From: an uncultured Bacteroidales bacterium
Lineage (GTDB): Bacteria > Bacteroidota > Bacteroidia > Bacteroidales > Paludibacteraceae
Assembly (NCBI GenBank): GCA_946544705.1
Contig: CAMNMN010000011.1
Coordinates: 2,408 to 66,407, forward strand
DNA: 64,000 bases
Direction of reading: 5' to 3'
Shown here: positions 63,207 through 64,000 of the stretch, piece after piece
Layout of the letters: the number at the start of each line of letters is the position of its first letter
Numbering within the stretch: position 1 is the first letter of the stretch
Program-made: the position numbers and the translations under genes
The notes under the pieces: generated by a model
The model's database searches: none
The model's input: only the letters and a program-made list of their open reading frames with translations
What the model was told of the DNA's origin: nothing

Positions 63207-64000
63207 ATGAAATTCTACGACAGGGAAGCAGAATTAGAAGTGCTGCAGTCCATTGAATTGCAGTCTCGTAATAGCGCTACGTTTACCGTATTAATGGGAC
63301 GTCGGCGAGTAGGTAAGACTTCGCTTATTATGCGTGCCATGCAAGATGTTGAGTCAGCCTATCTCTTTGTGTCGAAAGATAGCGAGGCTTTTCTTTGTCA
63401 GAAATTTCAGCGAGCAATAGAGGAGCAGTTGCATATTCAGGTATATGGTACGTTAACGCATTTTCGAGACCTGTTTGAGGTCATTATGCGTGAGTCCGTT
63501 TCGCGGCATTTCACGCTCATCATCGATGAGTTTCAGAACCTATACAAAGTCAATCCTGCTATCTTTAGTGAGATACAAGATATCTGGGATCGATACCATA
63601 CGCAGTCGCATATCAACCTCATCGCTTCCGGCAGTATTCTATCGCTGATGAAACGAATCTTTGAGAGTGAGAACGAGCCCCTCTATGGTCGTCCTACGTC
63701 CAAGATGACCCTGCGACCATTTACGATCGAGACATTTAAACTGATTTTCCGTGACCATTGCCCGAACTATAAAAACGAGGACTTGCTTTGTCTGTATATG
63801 CTGACGGGTGGAGTAGCTAAATACGTCGAACTGCTGATGGATGCAGGGTGTTATACCAAGGAGAAAATGCTCAATTATGTCTGCCGCATGGACTCGTATT
63901 TTTTGTCGGAAGGGCGAGACTTGATCAATAATGAGTTCGGCTCGGATTATAACACCTATTATTCCATTTTGCAGCTCATTGCTTCCGGTCTTAATCACCG
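63207..64000 (+). CDS. AAA-type ATPase (archaeal-ATPase/DUF234 family), 3' end outside window; absent from the supplied ORF track
   Basis: My own translation from ATG 63207 runs to the window end with no stop: MKFYDREAELEVLQSIELQSRNSATFTVLMGRRRVGKTSLIMR..HFTLIIDEFQNLYKVNP..LYGRPTSKMTLRPF. It shows a Walker A GRRRVGKTS and a Walker B LIIDEFQ. Confidence 0.85.
   Translation, partial: MKFYDREAELEVLQSIELQSRNSATFTVLMGRRRVGKTSLIMRAMQDVESAYLFVSKDSEAFLCQKFQRAIEEQLHIQVYGTLTHFRDLFEVIMRESVSRHFTLIIDEFQNLYKVNPAIFSEIQDIWDRYHTQSHINLIASGSILSLMKRIFESENEPLYGRPTSKMTLRPFTIETFKLIFRDHCPNYKNEDLLCLYMLTGGVAKYVELLMDAGCYTKEKMLNYVCRMDSYFLSEGRDLINNEFGSDYNTYYSILQLIASGLNH

Overview
This is a chromosomal segment from a Bacteroidales-type (Bacteroidota) genome. 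The assignment rests on SusC/SusD pairs, a hybrid two-component regulator, lipoprotein signal peptides and TAnnTTTG -7 promoter boxes. Left to right the window holds: (1) a 5'-truncated giant beta-helix/DUF4465-like surface protein with a partner secreted protein; (2) an M49 peptidase and a composite AroA-like/GT2 ORF; (3) a complete minus-strand fructan utilisation locus (PBP-TM-AraC regulator, SusC, SusD, surface lipoprotein, two GH32 enzymes, a CBM-like secreted protein, MFS transporter, fructokinase); (4) an rseC-rnfBCDGEA operon; (5) housekeeping genes ftsK, lolA-like, trxB, rsfS, ftsH, an M16 peptidase, surE, lpxB, glmM, two lipoproteins, an HTCS, rmlA, menA, tRNA-Phe and trmO; (6) a five-gene cluster of secreted GH13 alpha-glucan enzymes with no SusC/SusD; (7) two tandem deoxynucleoside kinases, a membrane AraC regulator, a hypothetical protein, a DUF3987-type P-loop protein, a small ORF, and a 3'-truncated AAA-ATPase gene that is missing from the supplied ORF track. 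Five signals stand out. (a) Eight signal-peptide proteins in three loci end in the same ~25-residue C-terminal motif, K-h-h-x-[DN]-G-Q-h-x-h-x-[RK]-x-G-x-x-h-x-x-x-G-x-x-h. (b) Three consecutive amylase-cluster proteins share an unassigned ~100-residue N-terminal module. (c) Short repeat families (a G-rich hairpin element and imperfect tandem 7-8-mer word arrays) fill intergenic spacers and also sit in frame inside genes, including trxB, GH32 and the AroA/GT2 ORF. They also encode two lipoprotein signal peptides. (d) The fructose-sensor-like regulator lacks kinase and receiver modules, and two fructan-locus promoters carry a repeated TTGCAA-box layout at identical spacing. (e) RnfB lacks its ferredoxin domain. 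No CRISPR array, rRNA gene, transposase or integrase was seen.
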